Assembly (NCBI RefSeq): GCF_006345805.1
Contig: NW_021832375.1
Span: 1-64,000, forward strand
Origin: Octopus sinensis
Lineage: Eukaryota
Direction: 5' to 3'
Length of the DNA: 64,000 nucleotides
Positions 1 through 15,000 of this stretch are shown piece after piece. A program made the translations under genes and the position numbers. The notes below the pieces were generated by a model. The model saw nothing but the letters and a program-made list of their open reading frames with translations, did no database searches and was not told the DNA's origin. How positions within the stretch are numbered: the first letter of the stretch is position 1; every line of letters begins with the position of its first letter.

Positions 1-3000
1 TTGTTTGTATGGACGCATGATGTGTGAACGAGGCTTGTTTGTATGGACGCATGACGGGTGAACGAGGCTTGTTTGTATGGACGCATGATGTGTGAACGAG
101 GCTTGTTTGTATGGACGCATGATGTGTGAACGAGGCTTGTTTGTATGGACGCATGATGTGTGAACGAGGCTTGTTTGTATGGACGCATGACGGGTGAACG
201 AGGCTTGTTTGTATGGACGCATGATGTGTGAACGAGGCTTGTTTGTATGGACGCATGATGTGTGAACGAGGCTTGTTTGTATGGACGCATGATGTGTGAA
301 CGAGGCTTGTTTGTATGGACGCATGATGTGTGAACGAGGCTTGTTTGTATGGACGCATGACGGGTGAACGAGGTGTTGTATGGACGCATGATGTGTGAAC
401 GAGGCATGTTTGTATGGACGCATGATGTGTGAACGAGGCTTGTTTGTATGGACGCATGATGTGTGAACGAGGCTTGTTTGTATGGACGCATGACGGGTGA
501 ACGAGGCTTGTTTGTATGGACGCATGGTGTGTGCACGAGGCTTGTTTGTATGGACGCATGACGGGTGAACGAGGCTTGTTTGTATGGACGCATGATGTGT
601 GAACGAGGCTTGTTTGTATGGACGCATGATGTGTGAACGAGGCTTGTTTGTATGGACGCATGACGGGTGAACGAGGCTTGTTTGTATGGACGCATGATGT
701 GTGCACGAGGCTTGTTTGTATGGACGCATGATGTGTGAACGAGGCTTGTTTGTATGGACGCATGATGTGTGAACGAGGCTTGTTTGTATGGACGCATGAT
801 GTGTGAACGAGGCTGTTTGTATGGACGCATGATGTGTGAACGAGGCTTGTTGTATGGACGCATGATGTGTGAACGAGGCTTGTTTGTATGGACGCATGAT
901 GTGTGAACGAGGCTTGTTTGTATGGACGCATGATGTGTGAACGAGGCTTGTTTGTATGGACGCATGATGTGTGAACGAGGTTTGTTTGTATGGACGCATG
1001 ATGTGTGAACGAGGCTTGTTTGTATGGACGAATGATGTGTGAACGAGGCTTGTTTGTATGGACCCATGATGTGTGAACGAGGCTTGTTTGTATGGACGCA
1101 TGATGTGTGAACGAGGCTTGTTTGTATGGACGCATGATGTGTGAACGAGGCTTGTTTGTATGGACGCATGATGTGTGAACGAGGCTTGTTTGTATGGACG
1201 CATGATGTGTGAACGAGGTTTCTTTGTATGGACGCATGATGTGTGAACGAGGCTTGTTTGTATGGACGAATGATGTGTGAACGAGGCTTGTTTGTATGGA
1301 CGCATGATGGGTGAACGAGGCTTGTTTGTATGGACGCATGACGGGTGAACGAGGCTTGTTTGTATGGACGCATGATGTGTGAACGAGGCTTGTTTGTATG
1401 GACGCATGATGTGTGAACGAGGCTTGTTTCTATGGACGCATGATGTGTGAACGAGGCTTGTTTGTATGGACGCATGATGTGTGAACGAGGCTTGTTTGTA
1501 TGGATGCATGATGTGTGAACGAGGCTGTTGTTATGGACGCATGATGTGTGAACGAGGCTTGTTTGTATGGACGCATGATGTGTGTGAACGAGGCTTGTTT
1601 CTATGGACGCATGATGTGTGAACGAGGCTTGTTTGTATGGACGCATGATGTGTGAACGAGGCTTGTTTGTATGGACGAATGATGTGTGAACGAGGCTTGT
1701 TTGTATGGACGCATGATGTGTGAACGAGGCTTGTTTGTATGGACGCACGATGTGTGAACGAGGCTTGTTTGTATGGACGCATGATGTGTGAACGAGGCTT
1801 GTTTGTATGGACGCATGATGTGTGAACGAGGCTTGTTTGTATGGACGCATGATGTGTGAACGAGGCTTGTTTGTATGGACGCATGATGTGTGAACGAGGC
1901 TTGTTTGTATGTACGCATGATGTGTGAACGAGGCTTGTTTGTATGGACGCATGATGTGTGAACGAGGCTTGTTTCTATGGACGCATGATGTGTGAACGAG
2001 GATTGTTTGTATGGACGCATGATGTGTGAACGAGGCTTGTTTGTATGGACGCATGATGTGTGAACGAGGCTTGTTTGTATGGACGCATGATGTGTGAACG
2101 AGGCTTGTTTGTATGGACGAATGATGTGTGAACGAGGCTTGTTTGTATGGACGCATGACGGGTGAACGGGGCCTGTGTGGTCGACGCATGATGTGTGAAC
2201 GGGGCCTGTGTGTATGGACGCATGATGTGTGAACGAGGAATGTGTGTATGGACACATGATGTGTGAACGAGGCTTGTTTGTATGGACGAATGATGTGTGA
2301 ACGAGGCTTGTTTGTATGGACGCATGATGTGAGAACGAGGCTTGTTTGTATGGACGCATGACGGTGTGAACGGGGCCTGTGGTTATCGACGCATGATGTG
2401 TGAACGGGGCTGTGTGTATGGACGCATGATGTGTGAACGAGGCTTGTTTGTATGGACGCATGATGTGTGTGAACGGGCTTGTTTGTATGGACGCATGATG
2501 TGTGAACGAGGCTTGTTTGTATGGACGCATGATGTGTGAACAAGGCTGTTTGTATGGACGCATGATGTGTGAACGAAGCTTGTTTGTATGGACGCATGAT
2601 GTGTGAACGGTCTTGTTTGTATGGACGCATGATGTGTGAACGAGGCTTGTTTGTATGGACGCATGATGTGTGAACGAGGCTTGTTTGTATGGACCGAATG
2701 ATGTGTGAACGAGGCTTGTTTGTATGGACGAATGATGTGTGAACGAGGCTTGTTGTATGGACGCATGATGTGTGAACGAGGCTGTTTGTATGGACGAATG
2801 ATTTGAGTGAACGAGGCTTCTTGTGTGTAACGAGCGTTTGTATGGACGCATGATGTGTGAACGAGGCTTGTGTATGGACGCATGATGTGTGAACGAGGCT
2901 TGTTTGTATGGACGCATGATGTGTGAACGAGGCTGGTTGTTGGACGCATGATGTGTGAATGGAGGCTTGTTTGTATGGACGCATGATGTGTGAATGAGGC

Positions 3001-6000
3001 TTGTTTGTATGGACGCATGATGTGTGAACGAGGCTTGTTTGTATGGACGCATGATGTGTGAACGACGATTGTGTGTATGGACGAATGATGTGTGAACGAG
3101 GCTTGGTTGTTTGTACGCATGATGTGTGAACGAGGCTTGTTTGTATGGACGCATGATGTGTGAACGAGGCTTGGTTGTTTGGACGCATGATGTGTGAATG
3201 AGGCTTGTTTGTATGGACGCATGATATGTGAACGAGGCTTGTTTGTATGGACGCATGATGTGTGAACGTGGCTTGTTTGAATGGACGCATGATGTGTGAA
3301 CGAGGCTTGTTTGTATGGACGCATGACGGGTGAACGAGGCTTGTTTGTATGGACGCATGATGTGTGACCGCGGCTTGTTTGTATGGACGCATGACGGGTG
3401 AACGGGGCCTGTGTGTATGGACGCATGATGTGTGAACGAGGCCTGTTTGTATGGACGCATGATGTGTGAACGAGGCTTGTTTGAATGGACGAATGATGTG
3501 TGAATGAGGCTTGTTTGAATGGACGCATGATGTGTGAACGAGGCTTGTTTGTATGGACGCATGATGTGTGAAGGAGGCTTGTGTGTATGGACGCATGATG
3601 TGTGAACGAGGCTTGTTTGTATGGACGCATGATGTGTGAAGGAGGCTTGTTTGTATGGACGCATGATGTGTGAAGGGGCTTGTGTGTATGGACGCATGAT
3701 GTGTGAATGAGGCTTGTTTGTATGGACGCATGATGTGTGAAGAGGCTTGTTTGTATGGACGCAGGATGTGTGAACGAGGCTTGTTTGTATGGACGCATGA
3801 TGTGTGAACGAGGCTTGTTGTGTTGGACGCATGATGTGTGAACGAGGCTTGTTTGTATGGACGCATGATGTGTGAACGAGGCTTGTTTGTTTGGACGCAT
3901 GATGTGTGAACGAGGCTTGTTTGTTTGGACGCATGATGTGTGAACGAGGCTTGTTTGTATGGACGCATGTGTGTGAACGAGGTGTTGTTTGGACCATGAT
4001 GTGTGAACGAGGCTTGTTTGATGGACGCATGATGTGTGAACGAGGCTGGTGTTGTTTGGAGAATGATGGGTGAATGAGGCTTGTTTTGTATGACGCATGA
4101 TGTGTGAACGAGGCTTGTTTGTATGGACGCATGATGTGTGAACGAGGCTTGGTTGTTTGGACGCATGATGTGTGAATGATGCTTGTTTGTATGGACGCAT
4201 GATGTGTGAACGAGGCTTGTTTTGTATGGACGCATGATGTGTGAACGAGGCTTGTTTGTATGGACGCATGACGGTGAACGGGGCCTGTATGTATGGACGC
4301 ATGATGTGTGAACGAGGCCTGTTTGTATGGACGCATGATGTGTGAACGAGGCTTGTTTTGAATGGACGATGATGTGTGAACGAGGCTTGTTTTAATGGAC
4401 GCATGATGTGTGAACGAGGCTTGTTTGTATGGACGCATGATGTGTGAACGAGGCTTTTGTATGGACGCATGATGTGTGAACGAGGCTTGTTGTATGGACG
4501 CATGATGTGTGAATGAGGCTTGTTGTGTATGGACGCATGATGTGTGAATGAGGCTTGTTTGTATGGACGCATGATGTGTGAACGAGGCTTGTTTGTATGG
4601 CGCATGATGTTGAACGAGGCTTGGTTGTATGGACGATGATGTGTGAACGAGGCTTGGTTGTATGGACGCATGATGTGTGAACGAGGCTTGTTTGTATGGA
4701 CGCATGATGTGTGAACGAGGCTTGTTTGTATGGACGCATGATGTGTGAACGAGGCTTGTTTGTATGGACGCATGATGTGTGAACGAGGCTTGTTTGTATG
4801 GACGCATGACGGTGAACGAGGCTTGTTTGTATGGACGCATGATGTGTGACCGAGGCTTGTTTGTATGGACGCATGACGGGTGAACGGGGCCTGTGTGTAT
4901 GGACGCATGATGTGTGAACGAGGCCTGTTTGTATGGACGCATGATGTGTGAACGAGGCTTGTTTGTATGGACGCATGATGTGTGAACGAGGCTTGTTTGT
5001 ATGGACGCATGATGTGTGAACGAGGCTTGTTTGTATGGACGCATGATGTGTGAACGAGGCTTGTTTGTATGGACGCATGATGTGTGAACGAGGCTTGTTT
5101 GTATGGACGCATGGTGTGTGAACGAGGCTTGTTTGTATGGACGCATGATGTGTGAAGGAGGCTTGTTTGTATGGACGCATGATGTGTGAACGAGGCTTGT
5201 TTGTATGGACGCATGATGTGTGAACGAGGCTTGTTTGTTTGGACGCATGATGTGTGAACGAGGCTTGTTTGTTTGGACGGCATGATGTGTGAACGAGGCT
5301 TGTTGTATGGACGCATGATGTGTGAACGAGGCTTGTTTGTTTGTGGGACGCATGATTTGTGAACGAGGCTTGTTTGTATGGAACGCATGATGTGTGAACG
5401 AGGCTTGTTTGTTGGACGCATGATGTGTGAATGGCTTGTTTGTATGGACGCATGATGTGTGAACGAGGCTTGTGTTGGTATGTGTGACGATGATGTTTGA
5501 ACGAGGCTTGGTTGTGTTTGGACGCATGATGTGTGAACGAGGCTTGTTTGTATGGACGCATGATATGTGAACGAGGCTTGTTTGTGATGACGCATGATGT
5601 GTGAACGTGGCTTGTTTGAATGGACGCATGATGTGTGAACGAGGCTTGTTTGTATGGACCATGACGGTGTACGACGGAGGCTTGTTTGTATGACGCATGA
5701 TGTGTGACCGAGGCTTGTTTGTATGGACGCATGATGGGTGTAACGGGCTTGTTTGTATGGACGCATGATGTGTGAACGAGGCCTGTTTGTATGGACGCAT
5801 GATGTGTGAACGAGGCTTGTTTGAATGGACGCATGATGTGTGAATGAGGCTTGTTTGAATGGACGCATGATGTGTGAACGAGGCTTGTTTGTATGGACGC
5901 ATGATGTGTGAACGGAGGCTTGTTTTGTATGGACGCATGATGTGTGAACGAGGCTTGTTTGTATGACGCATGATGTGTGAAGAGCTTGTTTGTATGGACG

Positions 6001-9000
6001 CATGATGTGTGAAGGAGGCTTGTTTGTATGGACGCATGATGTGTGAATGGAGGCTTGTTTGTATGGACGCATGGTGTGTGAACGAGGCTTGTTTGTATGG
6101 ACGCATGATGTGTGAAGGAGGCTTGTTTGTATGGACGCATGATGTGTGAACGAGGCTTGTTTGTATGGACGCATGATGTGTGAACGAGGCTTGTTTGTAT
6201 GGACGCATGATGTGTGAACGAGGCTTGTTTGTTTGGACGCATGATGTGTGAACGAGGCTTGTTTGTTTGGACGCATGATGTGTGAACGAGGCTTGTTTGT
6301 ATGGACGCATGGTGTGTGAACGAGGCTTGTTTGTTGTTGACGCATGATGTGTGAACGAGGCTTGTTTGTATGGACGCATGATGTGTGAACGAGGCTTGTT
6401 GTTTGGACGCATGATGTGTGAACGAGGCTTGTTTGTATGGACGCATGATGTGTGACGAGGCTTGTTTGTATGTATGGACGCATGATGTGTGAACGAGGCT
6501 TGGTTGTTTGGACGCATGATGTGTGAACGAGGCTTGTTTGTATGGACGCATGACGGGTGAACGAGGCTTGTTTGTATGGACGCATGATGTGTGACCGAGG
6601 CTTGTTTGTATGGACGCATGACGGGTGAACGGGGCCTGTATGTATGGACGCATGATGTGTGAACGAGGCCTGTTTGTATGGACGCATGATGTGTGAACGA
6701 GGCTTGTTTGAATGGACGAATGATGTGTGAACAGGCTTGTTTGAATGACGCATGATGTGTGAACGAGGCTTGTTTTGTATGGACGCATGATGTGTGAACG
6801 AGGCTTGTTTGTATGGACGCATGATGTGTGAACGAGGCTTGTTTGTATGGACGCATGATGTGTGAACGAGGCTTGTTTGTATGGACGCATGATGTGTGAA
6901 CGAGGCTTGTTTGTATGGACGCATGATGTGTGAACGAGGCTTGTTTGTATGGACGCATGATGTGTGAACGAGGCTTGTTTGTATGGACGCATGATGTGTG
7001 AACGAGGCTTGGTTGTTTGGACGCATGATGTGTGAACGAGGCTTGTTTGTATGGACGCATGATGTGTGAACGAGGCTTGTTTGTATGGACGCATGATGTG
7101 TGAACGAGGCTTGTTTGTATGGACGCATGATGTGTGAACGAGGCTTGTTTGTATGGACGCATGATGGGTGAACGAGGCTTGTTTGTATGGACGCATGATG
7201 TGAACGCGGCTTGTTTGTATGGACGCATGACGGGTGAACGGGGCCTGTGTGTATGGACGCATGATGTGTGAACGAGCCTGTTTGTATGGACGCATGATGT
7301 GTGAACGAGGCTTGTTTGATGGACGCATGATGTGTGAACGAGGCTTGTTTGTATGGACGCATGATGTGTGAACGAGGCTTGTTTGTATGGACGCATGATG
7401 TGTGAACGAGGCTTGTGTTTATGGACGCATGATGTGTGAACGAGGCTTGTTTGTATGGACGCATGATGTGTGTGGACGAGCTTGTTGTATGGACGCATGA
7501 TGTGTGAACGAGGCTTGTTTGTATGGACGCATGATGTGTGAACGAGGCTTGTTTGTATGGACGCATGATGTGTGAACGAGGCTTGTTTGTTTGGACGCAT
7601 GATGTGTGAACGAGGCTTGTTTGTTTGGACGCATGATGTGTGAACGAGGCTTGTTTGTATGGACGCATGATGTGTGAACGAGGCTTGTTTGTATGGACGC
7701 ATGATGTGTGAACGAGGCTTGTTTGTATGGACGCATGATGTGTGAACGAGGCTTGGTTGTTTGGACGCATGATGTGTGAATGAGGCTTGTTTGTATGGAC
7801 GCATGATGTGTGAACGAGGCTTGTTTGTATGGACGCATGATGTGTGAACGAGGCTTGTTTGTATGGACGCATGATGTGTGAACGAGGCTTGTTTGTATGG
7901 ACGCATGACGGGTGAACGAGGCTTGTTTGTATGGACGCATGATGTGTGAACGAGGCTTGTTTGTATGGACGCATGACGGGTGAACGGGGCCTGTGTGTAT
8001 GGACGCATGATGTGTGAACGAGGCCTGTTTGTATGGACGCATGATGTGTGAACGAGGCTTGTTTGAATGGACGAATGATGTGTGAATCAGGCTTGTTTGT
8101 ATGGACGCATGATGTGTGAACGAGGCTTGTTTGTATGGACGCATGATGTGTGAACGAGGCTTGTTTGTATGGACGCATGATGTGTGAACGAGGCTTGTTT
8201 GTATGGACGCATGATGTGTGAACGAGGCTTGTTTGTATGGACGCATGATGTGTGAACGAGGCTTGTTTGTATGGACGCATGATGTGTGAACGAGGCTTGT
8301 TTGTATGGACGCATGATGTGTGAACGAGGCTTGTTTGTATGGACGCATGATGTGTGATCGAGGCTTGTTTGTATGGACGCATGATCGGTTGACGAGGCTT
8401 GTTTGTATGGACGCATGATGTTGAAGGAGGCTTTGTGTATGGACGCATGATGTGTGAACGAGGCTTGTTTGTATGGACGCATGATGTGTGAACGAGGCTT
8501 GTTTGTATGGACGCATGATGTGTGAACGAGGCTTGTTTGTATGGACGCATGATGTGTGAACGAGGCTTGTGTGTATGGACGCATGATGTGTGAACGAGGC
8601 TTGTTTGTATGGACGCATGATGTGTGAACGAGGCTTGTTTTGTATGGACGCATGATGTGTGAACGAGGCTTGTTTGTATGGACGCATGATGTGTGAACGA
8701 GGCTTGTTTGTATGGACGCATGATGTGTGAATGAGGCTTGTTTGTATGGACGCATGATGTGTGAACGAGGCTTGTTTGTATGGACGCATGATGTGTGAAC
8801 GAGGCTTGTTTGTATGGACGCATGATGTGTGAACGAGGCTTGTTTGTATGGACGCATGATGTGTGAACGAGGCTTGTTTGTATGGACGCATGATGTGTGA
8901 ACGAGGCTTGTTTGTATGGACGCATGATGTGTGAACGAGGCTTGTTTGTATGGACGCATGATGTGTGAACGAGGCTTGTTTGTATGGACGCATGATGTGT

Positions 9001-12000
9001 GAACGAGGCTTGTTTGTATGGACGCATGATGTGTGAATGAGGCTTGTTTGTATGGACGCATGATGTGTGAACGAGGCTTGTTTGTATGGACGCATGATGT
9101 GTGAACGAGGCTTGTTTGTGTATGGACGCATGATGTGTGAACGAGGCTTGTTTGTATGGACGCATGATGTGTGAACGAGGCTTGTTTGTATGGACGCATG
9201 ATGTGTGAACGAGGCTTGTTTGTATGGACGCATGATGTGTGAACGAGGCTTGTTTGTATGGACGCATGATGTGTGAACGAGGCTTGTTTGTATGGACGCA
9301 TGATGTGTGAACGAGGCTTGTTTGTATGGACGCATGATGTGTGAACGAGGCTTGTTTGTATGGACGCATGATGTGTGAACGAGGCTTGTTTGTATGGACG
9401 CATGATGTGTGAACGAGGCTTGTTTGTATGGACGCATGATGTGTGAACGAGGCTTGTGTTGTATGGACGCATGATGTGTGAACGAGGCTTGTTTGTATGG
9501 ACGCATGATGTGTGAACGAGGCTTGTTTGTATGGACGCATGATGTGTGAACGAGGCTTGTTTGTATGGACGCATGATGTGTGAAGGATGCTTGTGTGTAT
9601 GGACGCATGATGTGTGAACGAGGCTTGTTTGTATGGACGCATGATGTGTGAACGAGGCTTGTTTGTATGGACGCATGATGTGTGAACGAGGCTTGTTTGT
9701 ATGGACGCATGATGTGTGAACGAGGCTTGTTTGTATGGACGCATGATGTGTGAACGAGGCTTGTTTGTATGGACGCATGATGTGTGAACGAGGCTTGGTT
9801 GTATGGACGCATAATGTGTGAACGAGGCCTGTTTGTATGGACGCATGATGTGTGAACGAGGCTTGTTTGTATGGACGCATGATGTGTGAACGAGGCTTGT
9901 TTGTATGGACGCATGATGTGTGAACGAGGCTTGTTTGTATGGACGCATGATGTGTGAACGAGGCTTGTTTGTATGGACGCATGATGTGTGAACGAGGCTT
10001 GTTTGTATGGACGCATGATGTGTGAACGAGGCTTGTTTGTATGGACGCATGATGTGTGAATGAGGCTTGTTTGTACCGACGCATGATGTGTGAACGAGGC
10101 TTGTTTGTATGGACGCATGATGTGTGAACGAGGCTTGTTTGTATGGACGCATGATGTGTGAACGAGGCTTGTTTGTATGGACGCATGATGTGTGAACGTG
10201 GCTTGTTTGTATGGACGCATGATGTGTGACGAGGCTTTTTTGTATGACGCATGATGTGTGAATGAGGCTTGTTTGTATGGACGCATGATGTGTGAACGAG
10301 GCTTGTTTTGTATGGACGAATGATGTGTGAACGAGGCTTGTTTGTATGGACGCATGATGTGTGAACGAGGCTTGTTTGTATGGACGCATGATGTGTGAAC
10401 GAGGCTTGTTTTTATGAACGCATGATGTGTGAACGAGGCTTGTTTGTATGGACGCATGATGTGTGAACGAGGCTTGTTTGTATGGACGCATGATGTGTGA
10501 ACGAGGCTTGTTTGTATGGACGCATGATGTGTGAACGAGGCTTGTTTTTTGGACGCATGATTGTGAACGAGGCTTGGTTGTTTGGACGCATGATGTGTGA
10601 ACGAGGCTTGTTTGTATGGACGCATGATGTGTGAACGAGGCTTGGTTTTTTTGGACGCATGATGTGTGAACGAGGCGTGTTTGTATGGACGCATGATGTG
10701 TGAACGAGGCCTGTTTGTATGGACGCATGATGTGTGAACGAGGATTGTGTGTATGGACGCATGATGTGTGAACGAGGCTTGTTTGTATGGACGCATGATG
10801 TGTGAACGAGGCTTGTTTGTATGGACGCATGATGTGTGAACGAGGCTTGTTTGTATGGACGCATGATGTGTGAACGAGGCTTGGTTGTATGGACGCATGA
10901 TGTGTGAACGAGGCTTGTTTGTATGAACGCATGATGTGTGAACGAGGCTTGTTGTTTGACGCATGATGTGTGAACGAGGCTTGTTTGTATGGACGCATGA
11001 TGTGTGAACGAGGCTTGGTTGTTTGGACGCATGATGTGTGAACGAGGCCTGTTTGTATGGACGCATGATGTGTGAACGTGGCCTGTTTGTATGGACGCAT
11101 GATGTGTGAACGAGGCCTTTTTGAATGGACGCATGATGTGTGAAGGAGGCTTGTTTGTATGGACGCATGATGTGTGACCGAGGCTTGTTTGTATGGACGC
11201 ATGACGGGTGAACGAGGCTTGTTTGTATGGACGCATGACGGGTGAACGGGGCCTGTGTGTATCGACGCATGAGGTGTGAACGAGGCCTGTTTGTATGGAC
11301 GCATGATGTGTGAACGAGGCTTGTTTGAATGGACGAATGATGTGTGAATGAGGCTTGTTTGAATGGACGCATGATGTGTGAACGAGGCTTGTTTGTATGG
11401 ACGCATGATGTGTGAACGAGGCTTGTTTGTATGGACGCATGATGTGTGAACGAGGCTTGTTTGTATGGACGCATGATGTGTGAACGAGGCTTGTTTGTAT
11501 GGACGCATGATGTGTGAACGAGGCTTGTTTGTATGAACGCATGATGTGTGAACGAGGCTTGGTTGTTTGGACGCATGATGTGTGAACGAGGCTTGTTTGT
11601 ATGGACGCATGATGTGTGAACGAGGCTTGGTTGTTTGGACGCATGATGTGTGAACGAGGCCTGTTTGTATGGACGCATGATGTGTGAACGTGGCCTGTTT
11701 GTATGGACGCATGATGTGTGAACGAGGCCTTTTTGAATGGACGCATGATGTGTGAAGGAGGCTTGTTTGTATGGACGCATGATGTGTGACCGAGGCTTGT
11801 TTGTATGGACGCATGCGGTGGTGACGAGGCTTGTTTGTATGGACGCATGACGGGTGAACGGGGCTGTGTGTATCGACGCATGAGGTGTGAACGAGGCCTG
11901 TTGTATGGACGCATGATGTGTGAACGAGGCTTGTTTGAATGGACGCTGATGTGTGAATGAGGCTTGTTTGAATGGACGCATGATGTGTGAACGAGGCTTG

Positions 12001-15000
12001 TTTGTATGGACGCATGATGTGTGAACGAGGCTTGTTGTGTATGGACGCATGATTGTGAACGAGGCTTGTTTGTATGGACACATGATGTGTGAACGAGGCT
12101 TGTTTGATGGACGCATGATGTGTGACGAGGCTTGTTTGTATGGACGCATGATGTGTGAACGAGGCTTGTTTGTATGGACGCATGATGTGTGAACGAGGCT
12201 TGTTTGTATGGACGCATGATGTGTGAACGAGGCTTGTTTGTATGGACGCATGATGTGTGAACGAGGCTTGTTTGTATGGACGCATGATGTGTGAACGGGG
12301 CTTGTTTGTATGGAAGCATGATGTGTGAACGAGGATTGTGTGTATGGACGCATGATGTGTGAATGAGGCTTGTTTGTATGAACGCATGATGTGTGAACGA
12401 GGCCTGTTTGTATGGACGCATGTGATGTGTGAACGAGGATTGTGTGTATGTATGCATGATGATGTGTGAATGAGGCTTGTTTGTATGGACGCATGATGTG
12501 TGAACGAGGCTCGTTTGTATGGACGCATGATGTGTGAATGAGGCTTGTTTGTATGGACGCATGATGTGTGAACGAGGATTGTGTGTATGGACGCATGATG
12601 TGTGAATGAGGCTTGTTTGTATGGACGCATGATGTGTGAACGAGGCTTGTTTGTATGGACGCATGATGTGTGAACGAGGCTTGTTTGTATGGACGCATGA
12701 TGTGTGAATGAGGATTGTGTGTATGGACGCATGATGTGTGAACGAGGATTGTGTGTATGAACGCATGATGTGTGAACGAGGCTTGTTTGTATGGACGCAT
12801 GATGTGTGAATGAGGATTGTGTGTATGGACGCATGATGTGTGAACGAGGCTTGTTTGTATGGACGCATGATGTGTGAACGAGGCCTGTTTGTATGGACGC
12901 ATGATGTGTGAACGAGGATTGTGTGTATGAACGCATGATGTGTGAATGAGGCTTGTTTGTATGGACGCATGATGTATGAACGAGGATTGTGTGTTTGGAC
13001 GCATGATTTGTGAATGAGGCTTGTTTGTATGAACGCATGATGTGTGAACGAGGATTGTGTGTATGGACGCATGATGTGTGAACGAGGCTTGTTTGTATGG
13101 ACGCATGATGTGTGAACGAGGCTTGTTTGTATGGACGCATGATGTGTGAACGAGGATTGTGTGTATGGACGCATGATGTGTGAATGAGGCTTGTTTGTAT
13201 GAACGCATGATGTGTGAACGAGGCCTGTTTGTATGGACGCATGATGTGTGAACGAGGATTGTGTGTATGAACGCATGATGTGTGAATGAGGCTTGTTTGT
13301 ATGGACGCATGATGTGTGAACGAGGCTTGTTTGTATGGACGCATGATGTGTGAATGAGGCTTGTTTGTATGGACGCATGATGTGTGAACGAGGATTGTGT
13401 GTATGGACGCATGATGTGTGAATGAGGCTTGTTTGTATGAACGCATGATGTGTGAACGAGGCTTGTATGTATGGACGAATGATGTGTGAACGAGGCTTGG
13501 TTGTTTGGACGCATGATGTGTGAACGAGGCTTGTTTGTATGGACGCATGATGTGTGAACGAGGCTTGGTTGTTTGGACGCATGATGTGTGAACGAGGCTT
13601 GTTTGTATGGACGCATGACGGGTGAACGAGGCTTGTTTGTATGGACGCATGATGTGTGACCGCGGCTCGTTTGTATGGACGCATGACGGGTGAACGGGGC
13701 CTGTGTGTATGGACGCATGATGTGTGAACGAGGTCTGTTTGTATGGACGCATGATGTGTGAACGAGGCTTCTTTGAATGGACGAATGATGTGTGAATGAG
13801 GCTTGTTTGAATGGACGCATGATGTGTGAACGATGCTTGTTTGTATGGACGCATGATGTGTGAACGAGGCTTGTTTGTAATGACGCATGTTGTGTGAACG
13901 AGGCTTGTTTGTATGGACGCATGATGTGTGAACGAGGCTTGTTTGTATGGACGCATGATGTGTGAAGGAGGCTTGTGTGTATGGACGCATGATGTGTGAA
14001 TGAGGCTTGTTTGTATGGACGCATGGTGTGTGAACGAGGCTTGTTTGTATGGACGCATGATGTGTGAAGGAGGCTTGTTTGTATGGACGCATGATGTGTG
14101 AACGAGGCTTGTTTGTATGGACGCATGATGTGTGAACGAGGCTTGTTTGTATGGACGCATGATGTGTGAACGAGGCTTGTTTGTATGGACGCATGATGTG
14201 TGAACGAGGCTTGTTTGTATGGACGCATGATGTGTGAACGAGGCTTGTTTCTATGGACGCATGATGTGTGAACGAGGTTTGTTTGTATGGACGCATGATG
14301 TGTGAACGAGGCTTGTTTGTATGGACGAATGATGTGTGAACGAGGCTTGTTTGTATGGACGCATGATGTGTGAACGAGGCTTGTTTGTATGGACGCATGA
14401 CGGGTGAACGAGGCTTTTTTGTATGGACGCATGATGTGTGAACGAGGCTTGTTTGTATGGACGCATGATGTGTGAACGAGGCTTGTTTGTATGGACGCAT
14501 GATATGTGAACGAGGCTTGTTTGTATGGACGCATGATGTGTGAATGAGGCTTGTTTGTATGGACGCATGATGTGTGAACGAGGCTTGTTTGTATGGACGC
14601 ATGACGGGTGAACGAGGCTTGTTTGTATGGACGAATGATGTGTGAACGAGGCTTGTTTGTATGGACGCATGATGTGTGAACGAGGCCTGTTTGTATGGAC
14701 GAATGATGTGTGAACGAGGCTGGTTTGTATGGACGCATGATGTGTGAACGATGCTTGTTTGTATGGACACATGATGTGTGAACGAGGCCTGTTTGTATGG
14801 ACGAATGATGTGTGAACGAGGCTTGTTTGTATGGACGCATGATGTGTGAACGAGGCCTGTTTGTATGGACGAATGATGTGTGAACGAGGCTTGTTTGTAT
14901 GGACGCATGATGTGTGAACGAGGCTTGTTTGTATGGACGCATGATGTGTGAAGGAGGCTTGTTTGTATGGACGCATGACGGGTGAACGAGGCTTGTTTGT

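Noticed and set aside
2300-7500. Frequent 1-bp indels in satellite units as biological variation
   Set aside because: They are patchy (also ~10.2-12.5 kb), mostly non-recurrent, and typical of unpolished long-read error, so I did not interpret them.
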